From sequence record OZ346151.1: 64,000 nt of DNA; one strand, 5' to 3'. Origin of the DNA: a phage. Position numbers and translations under genes: made by a program. This document shows positions 46,861 through 55,894 of this stretch, in pieces. The notes below the pieces were generated by a model. The model searched no databases and was not told the DNA's origin. It was given only the letters and a program-made list of their open reading frames with translations. Position 1 is the first letter of the stretch; every line of letters starts with the position of its first letter.

Positions 46861-47012
46861 AACCACAGTTGAGCGGAAAAGGAGGCTTAAAGATGAGCAC
46901 TACACGCCAGCACACAAAGGTAACCATCATCGTTTGCATCATTGGGTACATCCTGGCGCAAATGTTGATGGGTAGCGCCAACGGTGTCGCAAAATTTTTC
47001 TTAAACTTTTAA

Positions 47013-47040
47013 TTGACAAGCTAACTTAAATCGATATAAT
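47013..47040 (+). promoter_or_regulatory. sigma70 promoter (TTGACA-16-TATAAT)
   Basis: Perfect consensus hexamers upstream of the 47092 gene. Confidence 0.55.
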
Positions 47041-47091
47041 AAGCACATAAACGGGAAAACTTCCCAGAACACACAAAAGGAGAAAAACACC

Positions 47092-47433
47092 ATGACTACT
47101 ATGACCGCCTCAGAAAAAGCTATGCAGATCGCTGAACTGAAAAAACAGATCGCAGACCTTGAGAATAAGATCGATAACTTTGAAATCGACGAGGACAAGT
47201 ACGACGAAAACTATGATGAATGGTTAGACGAGATCTACGGCGAAATTATGATCGGAAACATTTCTTTTCTTCCGTCGCGTATCCTCAAGGAGCTAGATCC
47301 TATCGCTTACCGCTGCGGATTTAGCGACTACATCGACAGCCTGGATATTGAGGACGATGAAGAATACCAGGAATTACAGACAGAGTTAGAAGAAGCAAAA
47401 GAAGAGCTTGCGGAGCTGGAAGAAAACGAGTAA
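47092..47433 (+). CDS. highly acidic coiled-coil protein (113 aa)
   Basis: AAAGGAGAAAAACACC then ATG; E/D-rich heptad-like sequence. Confidence 0.5.
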   Translation: MTTMTASEKAMQIAELKKQIADLENKIDNFEIDEDKYDENYDEWLDEIYGEIMIGNISFLPSRILKELDPIAYRCGFSDYIDSLDIEDDEEYQELQTELEEAKEELAELEENE

Positions 47434-47435
47434 GC

Positions 47436-47481
47436 TTATTTTTAGATGGCCTTGACACCAGGGCCATCAATAAAGTAAACT
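47436..47481 (+). promoter_or_regulatory. 46-bp palindrome-containing promoter element, copy 2 (identical to copy 1)
   Basis: Exact repeat of the 46815 element immediately after the stop of the preceding gene. Confidence 0.5.
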
Positions 47482-47522
47482 TTATACTGTTAACACTGAA
47501 CTAATGCATAGGAGTTAAAACC

Positions 47523-47768
47523 ATGGCAGCACTAATCACCAAATATTATGCCCCTACCAACACCAAAAGCGCCCGTATCATGGTAAAAGGCTTCGGACGT
47601 AAAAAGGTGTACACCTGGGATTATGCCTTAGACACGGAAGACAACTACACCAACGCAATGACCGATTTTATTAATGAACTAAATAAGCAGATCTTGACAA
47701 GTTATAAAGTGACCGATATTGCTTATATAGGTGAAGGCGGGATCTGTTTTGTAGGCATTGTGAAATAG
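47523..47768 (+). CDS. hypothetical protein (81 aa)
   Basis: TAGGAGTTAAAACC then ATG (same 20-nt RBS/start context as the 51767 gene). Confidence 0.45.
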   Translation: MAALITKYYAPTNTKSARIMVKGFGRKKVYTWDYALDTEDNYTNAMTDFINELNKQILTSYKVTDIAYIGEGGICFVGIVK

Positions 47769-47815
47769 TTATTTTTTCGGTGGTCCTGGTTGCAGGGCCA
47801 TCTATAAAGATAATT
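47768..47815 (+). promoter_or_regulatory. diverged variant of the palindromic promoter element
   Basis: GGTCCTGGTTGCAGGGCCATCTATAAAGATAAT: same architecture with GTTGCA in place of TTGACA. Confidence 0.35.
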
Positions 47816-47842
47816 TATTAACACCATGAAAGGAGAAAGTAC

Positions 47843-48196
47843 ATGATCAGCGGGGCAAGTTTTATTATTGGCGCTATTGCTACGGCTTTAATTGTAAATA
47901 AGATCCAGGATAAAAAGGAAAGAGGAAGTACCGCCCTTGCAGAATATCCATTTTGGGCATTCAACGATAACGAAGATTATATTATAAAGTATAAAAATAA
48001 AGAAGGTGACCAAGTAACACCGCGACCGATCCCGGCTTACAAAATGCAGGAAACACTATACCGCCTGGAGGCGGGTGGCGCAAAAATTGTAGACTTTTGG
48101 GGATACGACCACACAGATCAGGAAGTTATAAAGCGCCGTATCCGGGCTATTCAGGCCAATATTGAAGTTAGCAAGGGGGGAATATATGAAAATTAA
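47843..48196 (+). CDS. membrane-anchored hypothetical protein (117 aa)
   Basis: AAAGGAGAAAG RBS; N-terminal hydrophobic helix ISGASFIIGAIATALIV. Confidence 0.45.
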   Translation: MISGASFIIGAIATALIVNKIQDKKERGSTALAEYPFWAFNDNEDYIIKYKNKEGDQVTPRPIPAYKMQETLYRLEAGGAKIVDFWGYDHTDQEVIKRRIRAIQANIEVSKGGIYEN

Positions 48197-48383
48197 TTTC
48201 GAGAAAATTGTAAAGCGCCCTCATGATTCCGAAGAGCTGCCAGAACGCCGCCAGCGTAACAATAAACTGAATAAGCCAAAAAGGTTTGGGAAGATCTGGC
48301 GTAATCATTATGATCGTAAATTGCCCGGCCTACTTTTGGAACGTGAACGACAGGCAGAACGATACCGCCATAAAGACAAATAA
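48186..48383 (+). CDS. small highly basic protein (about 65 aa)
   Basis: ATG after AAGGGGGG; Arg/Lys-rich. Confidence 0.4.
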   Translation: MKINFEKIVKRPHDSEELPERRQRNNKLNKPKRFGKIWRNHYDRKLPGLLLERERQAERYRHKDK

Positions 48384-48391
48384 CAACCAAC

Positions 48392-48420
48392 GCCCCGCCA
48401 TTGTGCGGGGCTTTTTATTT
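48392..48420 (+). terminator. rho-independent terminator
   Basis: GCCCCGC-cattgt-GCGGGGC hairpin followed by TTTTTATTT. Confidence 0.65.
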
Positions 48421-48540
48421 CTATCCTACGAATAGCGCCCCTGGTTGGCCCTGTAAGCGCCAAAAAGGCCCCCACCTATGCAATCGCCCCTTTAACCTGA
48501 AAACATCGCCCAGGGCCGTTTCATGGCGTTAAAAATATCA

Positions 48541-48568
48541 TTGACATCGTCAACAGGTTAGCTATACT
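48541..48568 (+). promoter_or_regulatory. sigma70-like promoter (TTGACA-16-TATACT)
   Basis: Near-consensus hexamers upstream of the 48601 gene. Confidence 0.5.
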
Positions 48569-48600
48569 AACCACATCAAAGAGAGAAAGGAGTAAACGCC

Positions 48601-48861
48601 ATGCGTAAATTAAAAAATTTTGATAAAGTTGATGTTATCCTGAATAATTTTTACTACTGCAACAACAAGGCTATTTGGTGGCGTGATAGTTCCACCGATA
48701 AAGTCAGGGCGCGCTTTCTTCAGGGGCACTGGCAAGGCCGCCCAGTGATTAAAATCATGGGGCAATCGGTAGCGTTTAAAAATTGCCGCCGTGTTGATGA
48801 CGTTGAGGAGATTTTAAACATTTTGCGCCACAATAATTTAAAAAATAGTGTTGACAAGTAA
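48601..48861 (+). CDS. hypothetical protein (86 aa)
   Basis: AAAGGAGTAAACGCC then ATG. Confidence 0.45.
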   Translation: MRKLKNFDKVDVILNNFYYCNNKAIWWRDSSTDKVRARFLQGHWQGRPVIKIMGQSVAFKNCRRVDDVEEILNILRHNNLKNSVDK

Positions 48862-48878
48862 GCCTCAATAAGTATACT
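48851..48878 (+). promoter_or_regulatory. sigma70-like promoter (TTGACA-16-TATACT) overlapping the 3' end of the preceding gene
   Basis: Same hexamer pair as the 48541 promoter. Confidence 0.45.
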
Positions 48879-48935
48879 TAAACACACAGGCGGGAAAACT
48901 TCCCGCCACTAACAAAGAAAATAGGAGAAAATATC

Positions 48936-49559
48936 ATGACCACCGTTAACATTACCGCAGGTTACAATTTATCTTTCGACGTGCTGACCGACGAACAAAA
49001 AGAAAAAGCCGTTGAAATGGTCCGCGAAAGAGAAGAACACAGCGGGGATAACTTTTTTGCAGAAAGTGTAATTGAATACTATAAAGAATATGTTTTTCCA
49101 GAGTATGGCCTTGAAGATACCGAAGTACATTGGTCAGGCTTTTGGTGCCAGGGTGACGGCGCGTCAATCAGTGCTGAAAACGTGGATTTAGAAAAATTTT
49201 TACGTAAAGTAAAGGCCCTGACCAAGTTCCGATCAATTCGTCACTTGTTCGGCACAATGCACGATGGCGAGTTATCAGCCAGTGTTGAACGCGACAAGTA
49301 CAGCCATTACAGCCATGAAAACACTGTAAGCGGGTACATTGATACCACTTGGCTAGATCTGACCGCCAAACAAGAAAACAAAGTGGAAGACCTGGAAGAA
49401 CTGATCACCGAGACGGTACGGGAGCTATCCCGCAAGGTTTACGTAGACCTGGAGGAGGCCTATCTAGAACAGTTCACCGCAGAAAACCTGATCGGCCTTA
49501 TCGAGGCCAATGATTGGCGGTTTGATGTCGATGAATATGGTGAGATGACTTTTTCATAA
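48936..49559 (+). CDS. acidic hypothetical protein (207 aa)
   Basis: AATAGGAGAAAATATC then ATG; no confident family assignment. Confidence 0.5.
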   Translation: MTTVNITAGYNLSFDVLTDEQKEKAVEMVREREEHSGDNFFAESVIEYYKEYVFPEYGLEDTEVHWSGFWCQGDGASISAENVDLEKFLRKVKALTKFRSIRHLFGTMHDGELSASVERDKYSHYSHENTVSGYIDTTWLDLTAKQENKVEDLEELITETVRELSRKVYVDLEEAYLEQFTAENLIGLIEANDWRFDVDEYGEMTFS

Positions 49560-49567
49560 ATAAAGTG

Positions 49568-49595
49568 TTGCAATAACCTAAAAACCTGCTATATT
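49568..49595 (+). promoter_or_regulatory. sigma70-like promoter (TTGCAA-16-TATATT)
   Basis: Hexamers read directly upstream of the 49650 gene. Confidence 0.4.
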
Positions 49596-49649
49596 AAAAC
49601 TCAAGGGGGCAAGACGTTTGCCCCAACACAAAACAAAGAGGATAACATC

Positions 49650-50030
49650 ATGAAAAACACTACCAAGGCTATTGACACCGTTATGTTTAACCTGGTTACA
49701 TTCCGTGAAGATATGAAAGATCTTCCTCGTGAAACAGTGTGCGACCATATCGAAAACTATCGCAAACTAATCAAAGAGTTGCCTTTAAAACGTGATCAAT
49801 ATGCGGCTAACGCCATGCTTAATGCCATGATCAAAAAGATGATCCAGTGTGATTTAACCCTGGCCTATGATTATGCAGGCGGTCGTTTTGCAGTATACAA
49901 TCAGCCCGTGCCCGGTATGAGCACCACCGAAGAATTGCACGCGCTCAATCTAAAACAAGACGTGTGGGATAGTATGCCTCGCGTGGTGGTATGGGTAGAA
50001 AGCGGAAAGATTTACGGCGATAATTTTTAA
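49650..50030 (+). CDS. hypothetical protein (126 aa)
   Basis: AAGAGGATAACATC then ATG. Confidence 0.45.
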   Translation: MKNTTKAIDTVMFNLVTFREDMKDLPRETVCDHIENYRKLIKELPLKRDQYAANAMLNAMIKKMIQCDLTLAYDYAGGRFAVYNQPVPGMSTTEELHALNLKQDVWDSMPRVVVWVESGKIYGDNF

Positions 50031-50037
50031 TCAGGTA

Positions 50038-50067
50038 GCAGGCGGCATATTTGCCGCCTTATTGTTA
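50038..50067 (+). terminator. rho-independent terminator
   Basis: GGCGGCA-tattt-TGCCGCC hairpin followed by TTATTGTT. Confidence 0.55.
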
Positions 50068-50094
50068 ATCAGAACTGTAAAAGAGGTACATAGA

Positions 50095-50466
50095 ATGGAA
50101 TTTATTATTTTGGCTGTATTGGTTGCCTTGTTTAACGCCTGGATCGCTGGCAAGATGGGAAGATCCGCCTTTTTATGGTTTATTATATCTATTTTCCTGG
50201 GGGTGGTTGCAACTATTGTATTGGTTATCCTTGCAATTGTTGACAAGGGGAATAATAGAAAGGGTAAAGTATTTTCAGACCTGTACGACGCTCAAACGTT
50301 TGTCAACGCCTATTATAGTGATCTTCCAGTCTCCCTACGTTGCAGCCTTGCACAACAGGTTTTCGATGAAGCTAAAACCAGAGATCACGCCCATGAGATT
50401 TGTTTAACTGAGGCGGATCGCCTATTTGAGAGGAATAGAAAATATGTGGACCAGCCGTTTAAATAA
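50095..50466 (+). CDS. membrane protein with two predicted TM helices (about 123 aa)
   Basis: ATG after AAAGAGG; hydrophobic segments FIILAVLVALFNAWIAG and FLWFIISIFLGVVATIVLVILAIV. Confidence 0.45.
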   Translation: MEFIILAVLVALFNAWIAGKMGRSAFLWFIISIFLGVVATIVLVILAIVDKGNNRKGKVFSDLYDAQTFVNAYYSDLPVSLRCSLAQQVFDEAKTRDHAHEICLTEADRLFERNRKYVDQPFK

Positions 50467-50576
50467 TGCCACGTTAATTAACCCCTTTAGTAAAGATTTG
50501 AAGCCAGCCGCCTGGCGGGATGGATTCAATAACGAACGCTTTATTTTCAGGCCTGATCTTGAGGAATTTTATAACA

Positions 50577-50804
50577 ATGGATCGAACAACAGCGGAGATA
50601 ATTTTTCTTGTGGTGTGTGTCGTGATAGGACTCCTGGGGGCCATTGTAGATCGCGTCACTACTACCAGAAGGAAAGGGGAGACGATGACAACCAAGGATA
50701 AGCCCCGCACCGATAAGGTGCGCCGTGTTATGGTATGGCTTGAGATCATCGCCCTTGAAATATTGTTAGGCGTAGGGATGTATTTTATCTCTGTAAGTAA
50801 CTGA
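50577..50804 (+). CDS. small membrane protein with two TM helices (about 75 aa)
   Basis: ATG after GAGGAA; hydrophobic N- and C-terminal segments; preferred over the overlapping alternative frame 50426..50701. Confidence 0.4.
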   Translation: MDRTTAEIIFLVVCVVIGLLGAIVDRVTTTRRKGETMTTKDKPRTDKVRRVMVWLEIIALEILLGVGMYFISVSN

Positions 50805-50947
50805 TAACGGCCCCCGATCCCTGGGGGGCCTAACTTTTTTCAAAAAATTTTTCTTCCGGGGTGTTGCAATCCGGTCCTGAATATGGATAATAACAATCAA
50901 CGGGGAAACATCCCCACCAACACAAAAACCAGAAAGGAGAAACAAAA

Positions 50948-51148
50948 ATGAGCAACAATATCCGCGTTATTAACTTCAAAAAAGAAGAAAAAATTGCCGT
51001 GCTGATTGACGGTCAAGAAATCTTCAAGGGCGACTATGAAGATCATCAAACGGCGATTAGTATCACTCGCGTGATTGGTTACCATAATTTTTACCCCCAA
51101 GGCGCTGAGGCGGCGGTTAAACGAATCAAAGAGATTGTAGGCCTGTAA
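50948..51148 (+). CDS. hypothetical protein (66 aa)
   Basis: GAAAGGAGAAACAAAA then ATG. Confidence 0.45.
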   Translation: MSNNIRVINFKKEEKIAVLIDGQEIFKGDYEDHQTAISITRVIGYHNFYPQGAEAAVKRIKEIVGL

Positions 51149-51151
51149 AAT

Positions 51152-51197
51152 TTATTTTTAGATGGCCTTGACTCTAGGGCCATCAATAAAGTAAATT
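51152..51197 (+). promoter_or_regulatory. 46-bp palindrome-containing promoter element, copy 3
   Basis: TTTATTTTTAGATGGCCTTGACTCTAGGGCCATCAATAAAGTAAAT; a few substitutions relative to copies 1 and 2. Confidence 0.5.
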
Positions 51198-51241
51198 TAA
51201 ACCCTGTTAAAATACCACGCAGTTAACAAGGAGTAATGATC

Positions 51242-51541
51242 ATGTTTATCCAGGCTAATAATCTTTATTTCTTTGATGGTCAGATCGTAGATGGTGTGGA
51301 AGTGGAGATCACTGGGTGCCCTGGTGGTCAGGCTATGACTTTTCGGAATAATGCCTTTGATGATTCTCATATCGTTATGAGAATGGAAGTTACAAAGCTG
51401 GACGACAAGAAAACGCTCATTGACTATTCCGTGAAAGATCATCCAGACTACCACATGATCTATGGTGATTTGTGCATTGTTGACCGTGACAAGGTGGGCG
51501 GCATTGTGATCGCTATTGTGAACGATGTTTTCTCTGTATAG
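51242..51541 (+). CDS. hypothetical protein (about 99 aa)
   Basis: ATG after AAGGAG. Confidence 0.45.
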   Translation: MFIQANNLYFFDGQIVDGVEVEITGCPGGQAMTFRNNAFDDSHIVMRMEVTKLDDKKTLIDYSVKDHPDYHMIYGDLCIVDRDKVGGIVIAIVNDVFSV

Positions 51542-51766
51542 TTCCGGCAAATGATGCAAAATAAGGCCCCTAGCAGGGCCTACAGCGATATAATCACATA
51601 AAGGCCATGCAACCGCATGGCCTTTATTATTTTGGCGTTACAGCGGCCCCAAGGCGCTTAAAAATTTTTTAAAGAAGTACTTGCATCAAGCCCTACAATA
51701 TGGATAATAGGACGTGTCAGGGGGGGGAGGCCCCAATCATTAACCGGATAGATAGGAGTTAAAACC

Positions 51767-52051
51767 ATGGCTATTGTTACCGCTGGCGATGTAGTAGAAA
51801 TGGAAGCAAAATACTTAAAAGCGGGTATGCATATCCTACGCAACGATCTTGAACTGGTCCTGACAATGGTTGACTATAACCCAGGGCAAGATTATCCAAG
51901 TGTTGACTACTTTTTTGAGTATGTTGATGAAGAGTTGAAAGAGGATGAGGCCTATTGCGGTGAGTTCTGCAACTTCTTTTGTCCTGATGAGGTTGTAAAG
52001 GTTATCTATCAACCTGGCGTAGCTTTCCCGCTGCACGCTATCAATAAATAA
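51767..52051 (+). CDS. hypothetical acidic protein (94 aa)
   Basis: TAGGAGTTAAAACC then ATG. Confidence 0.45.
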   Translation: MAIVTAGDVVEMEAKYLKAGMHILRNDLELVLTMVDYNPGQDYPSVDYFFEYVDEELKEDEAYCGEFCNFFCPDEVVKVIYQPGVAFPLHAINK

Positions 52052-52055
52052 ACCT

Positions 52056-52080
52056 GGCGGGGGCCTTTTCGGCCCCCGCC
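52056..52080. terminator. strong GC hairpin, terminator candidate (weak T-tract on + strand)
   Basis: GGCGGGGGCC-tttt-GGCCCCCGCC perfect 10-bp stem; shares the AACCTGGCGGGG motif found four times in 45.9-46.3 kb. Confidence 0.35.
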
Positions 52081-52114
52081 TGAAATTATGAAAAATAAAA
52101 AGAGGCAAACTATC

Positions 52115-52348
52115 ATGATGGAACAAATTAAACGCGCTGAGGCTATTAATGGCAATGTAATCTATTTTGTCAGCAAAAACGAAAAAGGCGTACCCTATGC
52201 GGCGGTAATAGTACAGCCTGACGGCGATTATTGGTGCACTGTGTACGGCGCTTATTCTTTTGGGCGTCCAGTGCATGATAAAATTTTGAAAGTAGCGAAC
52301 CCTACCGGGAAAAATATTACAGCAGAAAAATTTTTTGAAAAAAGTTGA
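52115..52348 (+). CDS. hypothetical protein (about 77 aa)
   Basis: ATG after AAAGAGG. Confidence 0.45.
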   Translation: MMEQIKRAEAINGNVIYFVSKNEKGVPYAAVIVQPDGDYWCTVYGAYSFGRPVHDKILKVANPTGKNITAEKFFEKS

Positions 52349-52424
52349 CATGACCATATAAAACTGTAGTATATAAATCAAAGGGGGCAACAAGCCCCAC
52401 CAACCACAAAGAGGATAAAAAATC

Positions 52425-52604
52425 ATGGCTATTATTGCAAAGACCGAGATCGTAGGCTTAGATTCTATTCTCCTCGCATATGAGGAAGCTATAGAAATGT
52501 ATGTGGTTTCCTATGGTGAGTATATCCGTGAATATGAATCTATTGATCTAGCTTTTGAATGTTATATTCGCCAGGTTAATAAAGCGTACGATGATTATCG
52601 TTAA
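52425..52604 (+). CDS. small hypothetical protein (59 aa, below the ORF-track cutoff)
   Basis: AAGAGGATAAAAAATC then ATG; fits the spacing of the surrounding small-gene array; coordinates hand-counted. Confidence 0.35.
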   Translation: MAIIAKTEIVGLDSILLAYEEAIEMYVVSYGEYIREYESIDLAFECYIRQVNKAYDDYR

Positions 52605-52695
52605 AATAGTTTGACAACAAACAACCATCTAACAAAGCATAATACATAAGGTGGTAGAATGATCCGCCACCCGGAACAAAGAAGAGGTAAACACC

Positions 52696-52941
52696 ATGAA
52701 AAGCAATAAAGGTTATAACGGTTACAAAAACAAAACTCATTGGAATGTAAGCCTTTGGATTAATAACGATGAGTCATTGTACCGGTTGGCCCAAGGATTT
52801 ATTAACGCTAATGCTAATCGTAATGATGCGGCGCGGGATATGATGCTTTTTCTGGAGCTAACCGGACAAGATAAGACCCCGGACGGCTTCAAGTACAGCA
52901 CTACGGCGATCCGTGCCGCGATGGTTGGAATGAAACACTAA
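52696..52941 (+). CDS. hypothetical protein (81 aa)
   Basis: AGAAGAGGTAAACACC then ATG. Confidence 0.45.
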   Translation: MKSNKGYNGYKNKTHWNVSLWINNDESLYRLAQGFINANANRNDAARDMMLFLELTGQDKTPDGFKYSTTAIRAAMVGMKH

Positions 52942-53259
52942 AAGCACATAGCCGCCAGATCTCAGAATTTACGTACGCTCACCAGTCTATAGCCTGCTAA
53001 GTATTTATTCCAACCATAGAATAACGGAATAGTCAATACCTGCATAAAATAATTATTCGTGTAAACTGCATAACATAAATCGGCTAGGATGTCAACATTT
53101 TTCGTAAACAGCTCGAAATTATAACGGTGAGTTATAATAAACAGAGAAATCTTTAGTCGTCTAATGTTTACTGTACATTACTATACTGACTGGAATCATT
53201 AGATGACTAAGAGAAAGATAAGAAATCATTAACAATGCAATTGTTTTATTCGTAACAAT

Positions 53260-53454
53260 AAGGCAACTATGCAAACGGATGGCATGGCGCGACGGAGTCG
53301 CGACATAATATAAAAGCAGTAACCATCACCCCCGTGATAGTTTGTCTGCAAACTATTAATCAGATCATAGTTGCCTTGTATTTAGTTAATCATGACATAA
53401 CAAGCAAGGCAACTATAGATCTGCTAATAGTTGCCCTGCTTTTATATTATGTCA
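53260..53454. repeat. nested inverted repeats forming a large imperfect palindrome
   Basis: 18-bp perfect inverted repeat GACATAATATAAAAGCAG at 53302-53319 and 53437-53454 enclosing the 12-bp inverted repeat ATAGTTGCCTTG / CAAGGCAACTAT (53367-53378, 53405-53416); the AAGGCAACTAT motif occurs 4 times in alternating orientation. Confidence 0.55.
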
Positions 53455-54984
53455 TAGATTATTAGCCTGTTAATTGTTAGTCAGTCAAATCAACAACGTT
53501 ATCATTTCAGTCTTTATTGTTGTTGATCGTTATTGTTATCATGCAAACGAATGGCATGGCTTATCATTTTTGAGTAAACAATCTATACGTGAACAGTGAG
53601 GCATGCAATAGTAAGGGCGGGAATAATGAGAGTGTAAACTGTCAAGGGTAATGTCAATTATATCAATCGTGTCAGTTATGTCACCATTATGTCAGCAGAG
53701 TTTTTCTCCTCTTTGTCAAGTGCTGCATGCCCACACAAATAGTAAGAAATATAATTGTTATGTGCGTAAACAGTAACTCATGTTATCAATCCCTGTATGT
53801 ATCGCCAGTGGTGCGCATAATGGGTATTATGTTAAATTGCCCGTAATGATAATGGTTCTCACAATGATAGGTATTCTCATTCCCCCACACAAAATAGATT
53901 GCAAATGTTGTGCCACTATGTGAACGGCCTCACCTATTAATTTGCCTCACTGCCTCGATATTTGAGAATTATCATAAGAATGAGAAGTATTCCCATTTCG
54001 TCCGCCTGGCAGCACTCCAGTCGCTACGGCTCAGAACAGGGCAGAATTGTGTCCATTCAGATATTTCTGTCTGGCTCTTCAGGTCTGTGTGGGAAAAGTC
54101 CACCTCTCTGGCGGGGCATGGGGTCATGACGGGAAAATTGCAGGTCAATTAAAAAATTTACGTGGTGTATGAAGCGCTCTTCAGGTAAGGCATGTATTAT
54201 GGGATGAAACCCTCTTCAGGCAATGATATTTGTGGGTGTGATATTTGCTGGAAAGCCAGATATGACGGGACTCCCGGCGGGGCAGGGGTAGTACAGACAG
54301 GGGAAATATGGAGGATGTGGTTAGGTGAATTGATCAGACAGGTAGAGTATGGAATATGTTACAGGTATGTTAAATAGGGCGGCTGAATATCTGTAGGATT
54401 TGTGTGTAAAATCAAAGACTTAAGTGGTGTTGTGGTATTTTCTATAAATAATTCAAGTTTAATAGGTAATATTTGTCTCTATTCGCTTTGTGTGGTAAAC
54501 AGATTCAGATGAGATTGGTTTACAAGCGTATACATAATATACAAATTAAAGATACAAGAAACCCCCCTCCCCCTTCGGCTACCATTCACCTTTTCCTCTG
54601 ACTGGTACTTAAACACTTATTCAGACTCTTCAGGTTATCACCCATATATCATATGGCAGTGACTGGTGTCCTCCGGCCCCTCTTTCGTCACCCGTCCGCT
54701 TCGCCATGCTAATGCCATAGCCAATGGTTCGGTTGTTCACCCTGTTCACTCAGGTGTATCTCCATACCCCTTCAAAACGAAGAGAACAGAAAACCCGAAT
54801 TACTCGGTAAAAGAAAAGAGAAGAACTTAATTTTATCAGGATAGGCAAGAATGTCAAGGCATGACTGCTCACTAAACAAGCAAACAGTCATGTGTGGGAG
54901 GTAAGTGATTGTGGTGGTAGGAAATTTAGTTGAAAGATGTGTTATAGGTGCTTCCAGCACTTTAGCCGGGCAGCTAATTGTGTG

Positions 54985-55200
54985 TCAGTCCAGCGGTTCA
55001 TCCTCTACTTCACTGAAATCAATGTTCATGGTCTCTTCCCAACCATCGATCTCAGCACAAGAGTGGAGTTCTTTAGGGTTTACTCCTAAAGCCTCAGCAA
55101 CAGAGTCTATATTTAACACCTCTGGCAGGTATGATTCATCAAATTCAAGGTAAATCAGGCCACGAGTGTTGTCAGCTCCACCAAATATTTCTATCTTCAT
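54985..55200 (-). CDS. small acidic protein (71 aa)
   Basis: ATG start; last gene of the leftward small-gene array. Confidence 0.4.
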   Translation of the reverse strand: MKIEIFGGADNTRGLIYLEFDESYLPEVLNIDSVAEALGVNPKELHSCAEIDGWEETMNIDFSEVEDEPLD

Positions 55201-55321
55201 AAAATCTCCTCTGGAAATGAGAGTGTGAACAGGGTTTTATACGTCCCAATGCACAGGAATTATGCACGTTTTCCTCTTCAGGCCATGCTTTAGCATGAGG
55301 AACCTGTGTGGGCTCGGTGCT

Positions 55322-55534
55322 TCATAGTCTACCACCTCTGAACTCTTCGTGCTCAGGCATAATAGAGAACCAGATATCTACGATGTCCTCCCACGTCAGG
55401 TCATCAGCCTCAGGATCTGTCTGGGACGAAGATGAAGAGTCCTCAGAATCTAAGTTTTCCTCTTTAACTGGCTCATCCAAGGGACATATGGTCACTCCTT
55501 CGGATGTCTCTTCAGATGCATGTGTGTTGATCAT
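55322..55534 (-). CDS. small acidic Ser-rich protein (70 aa)
   Basis: ATG start overlapping the stop of an upstream small TM ORF. Confidence 0.4.
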   Translation of the reverse strand: MINTHASEETSEGVTICPLDEPVKEENLDSEDSSSSSQTDPEADDLTWEDIVDIWFSIMPEHEEFRGGRL

Positions 55535-55894
55535 GTTCCACCCGTGAGTATTCCGGCAACAGCTGCTATGGACGTAATGATCATCAGGATCACCACTAAA
55601 ACTTCGGACAATGTTCTCATTGTGTACTCCATATTCTACAAACTATGTGTGGATACTATCACTGGATCGGTAATGTGTCAACAGAAACGCCGCGAGGGTT
55701 TGGTTAAAATCCGAGCGTATGGTGATTTGGGTCAAAACGGACGTGCGTTCTCGCTACGCTCGAAAGAGAGATTTGTTTGTAGGAAGCTCTTAAACGCTCT
55801 GTAATGAGATTATCTGTCCAAGGTATGCAATCGTGCACCAGATAAAGAAAAGGACGCCACAGAGCGTCCTAGGTGTCTTAAATTTGATATTTTG

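Noticed and set aside
50426-50701. 91-aa ORF overlapping the 50577..50804 membrane-protein gene in another frame
   Set aside because: Overlaps both neighbours over more than 100 nt; the alternative frame encodes a cleaner two-TM protein. It has its own plausible RBS, so it remains possible.
54180-54195. CAG/GTAAGG resembling a eukaryotic 5' splice donor
   Set aside because: The context is bacteriophage DNA; the match is part of the repeated CTCTTCAGG motif and there is no support for spliceosomal splicing.
53910-54377. Two short + strand ORFs (80 and 61 aa) in the 2-kb non-coding region
   Set aside because: No RBS, odd composition, embedded in repeated motifs; treated as chance ORFs.
52950-54980. 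tRNA genes in the long non-coding region
   Set aside because: No GTTCGAATC-type T-loop or cloverleaf-compatible pattern found by eye; cannot be excluded without a covariance-model scan.
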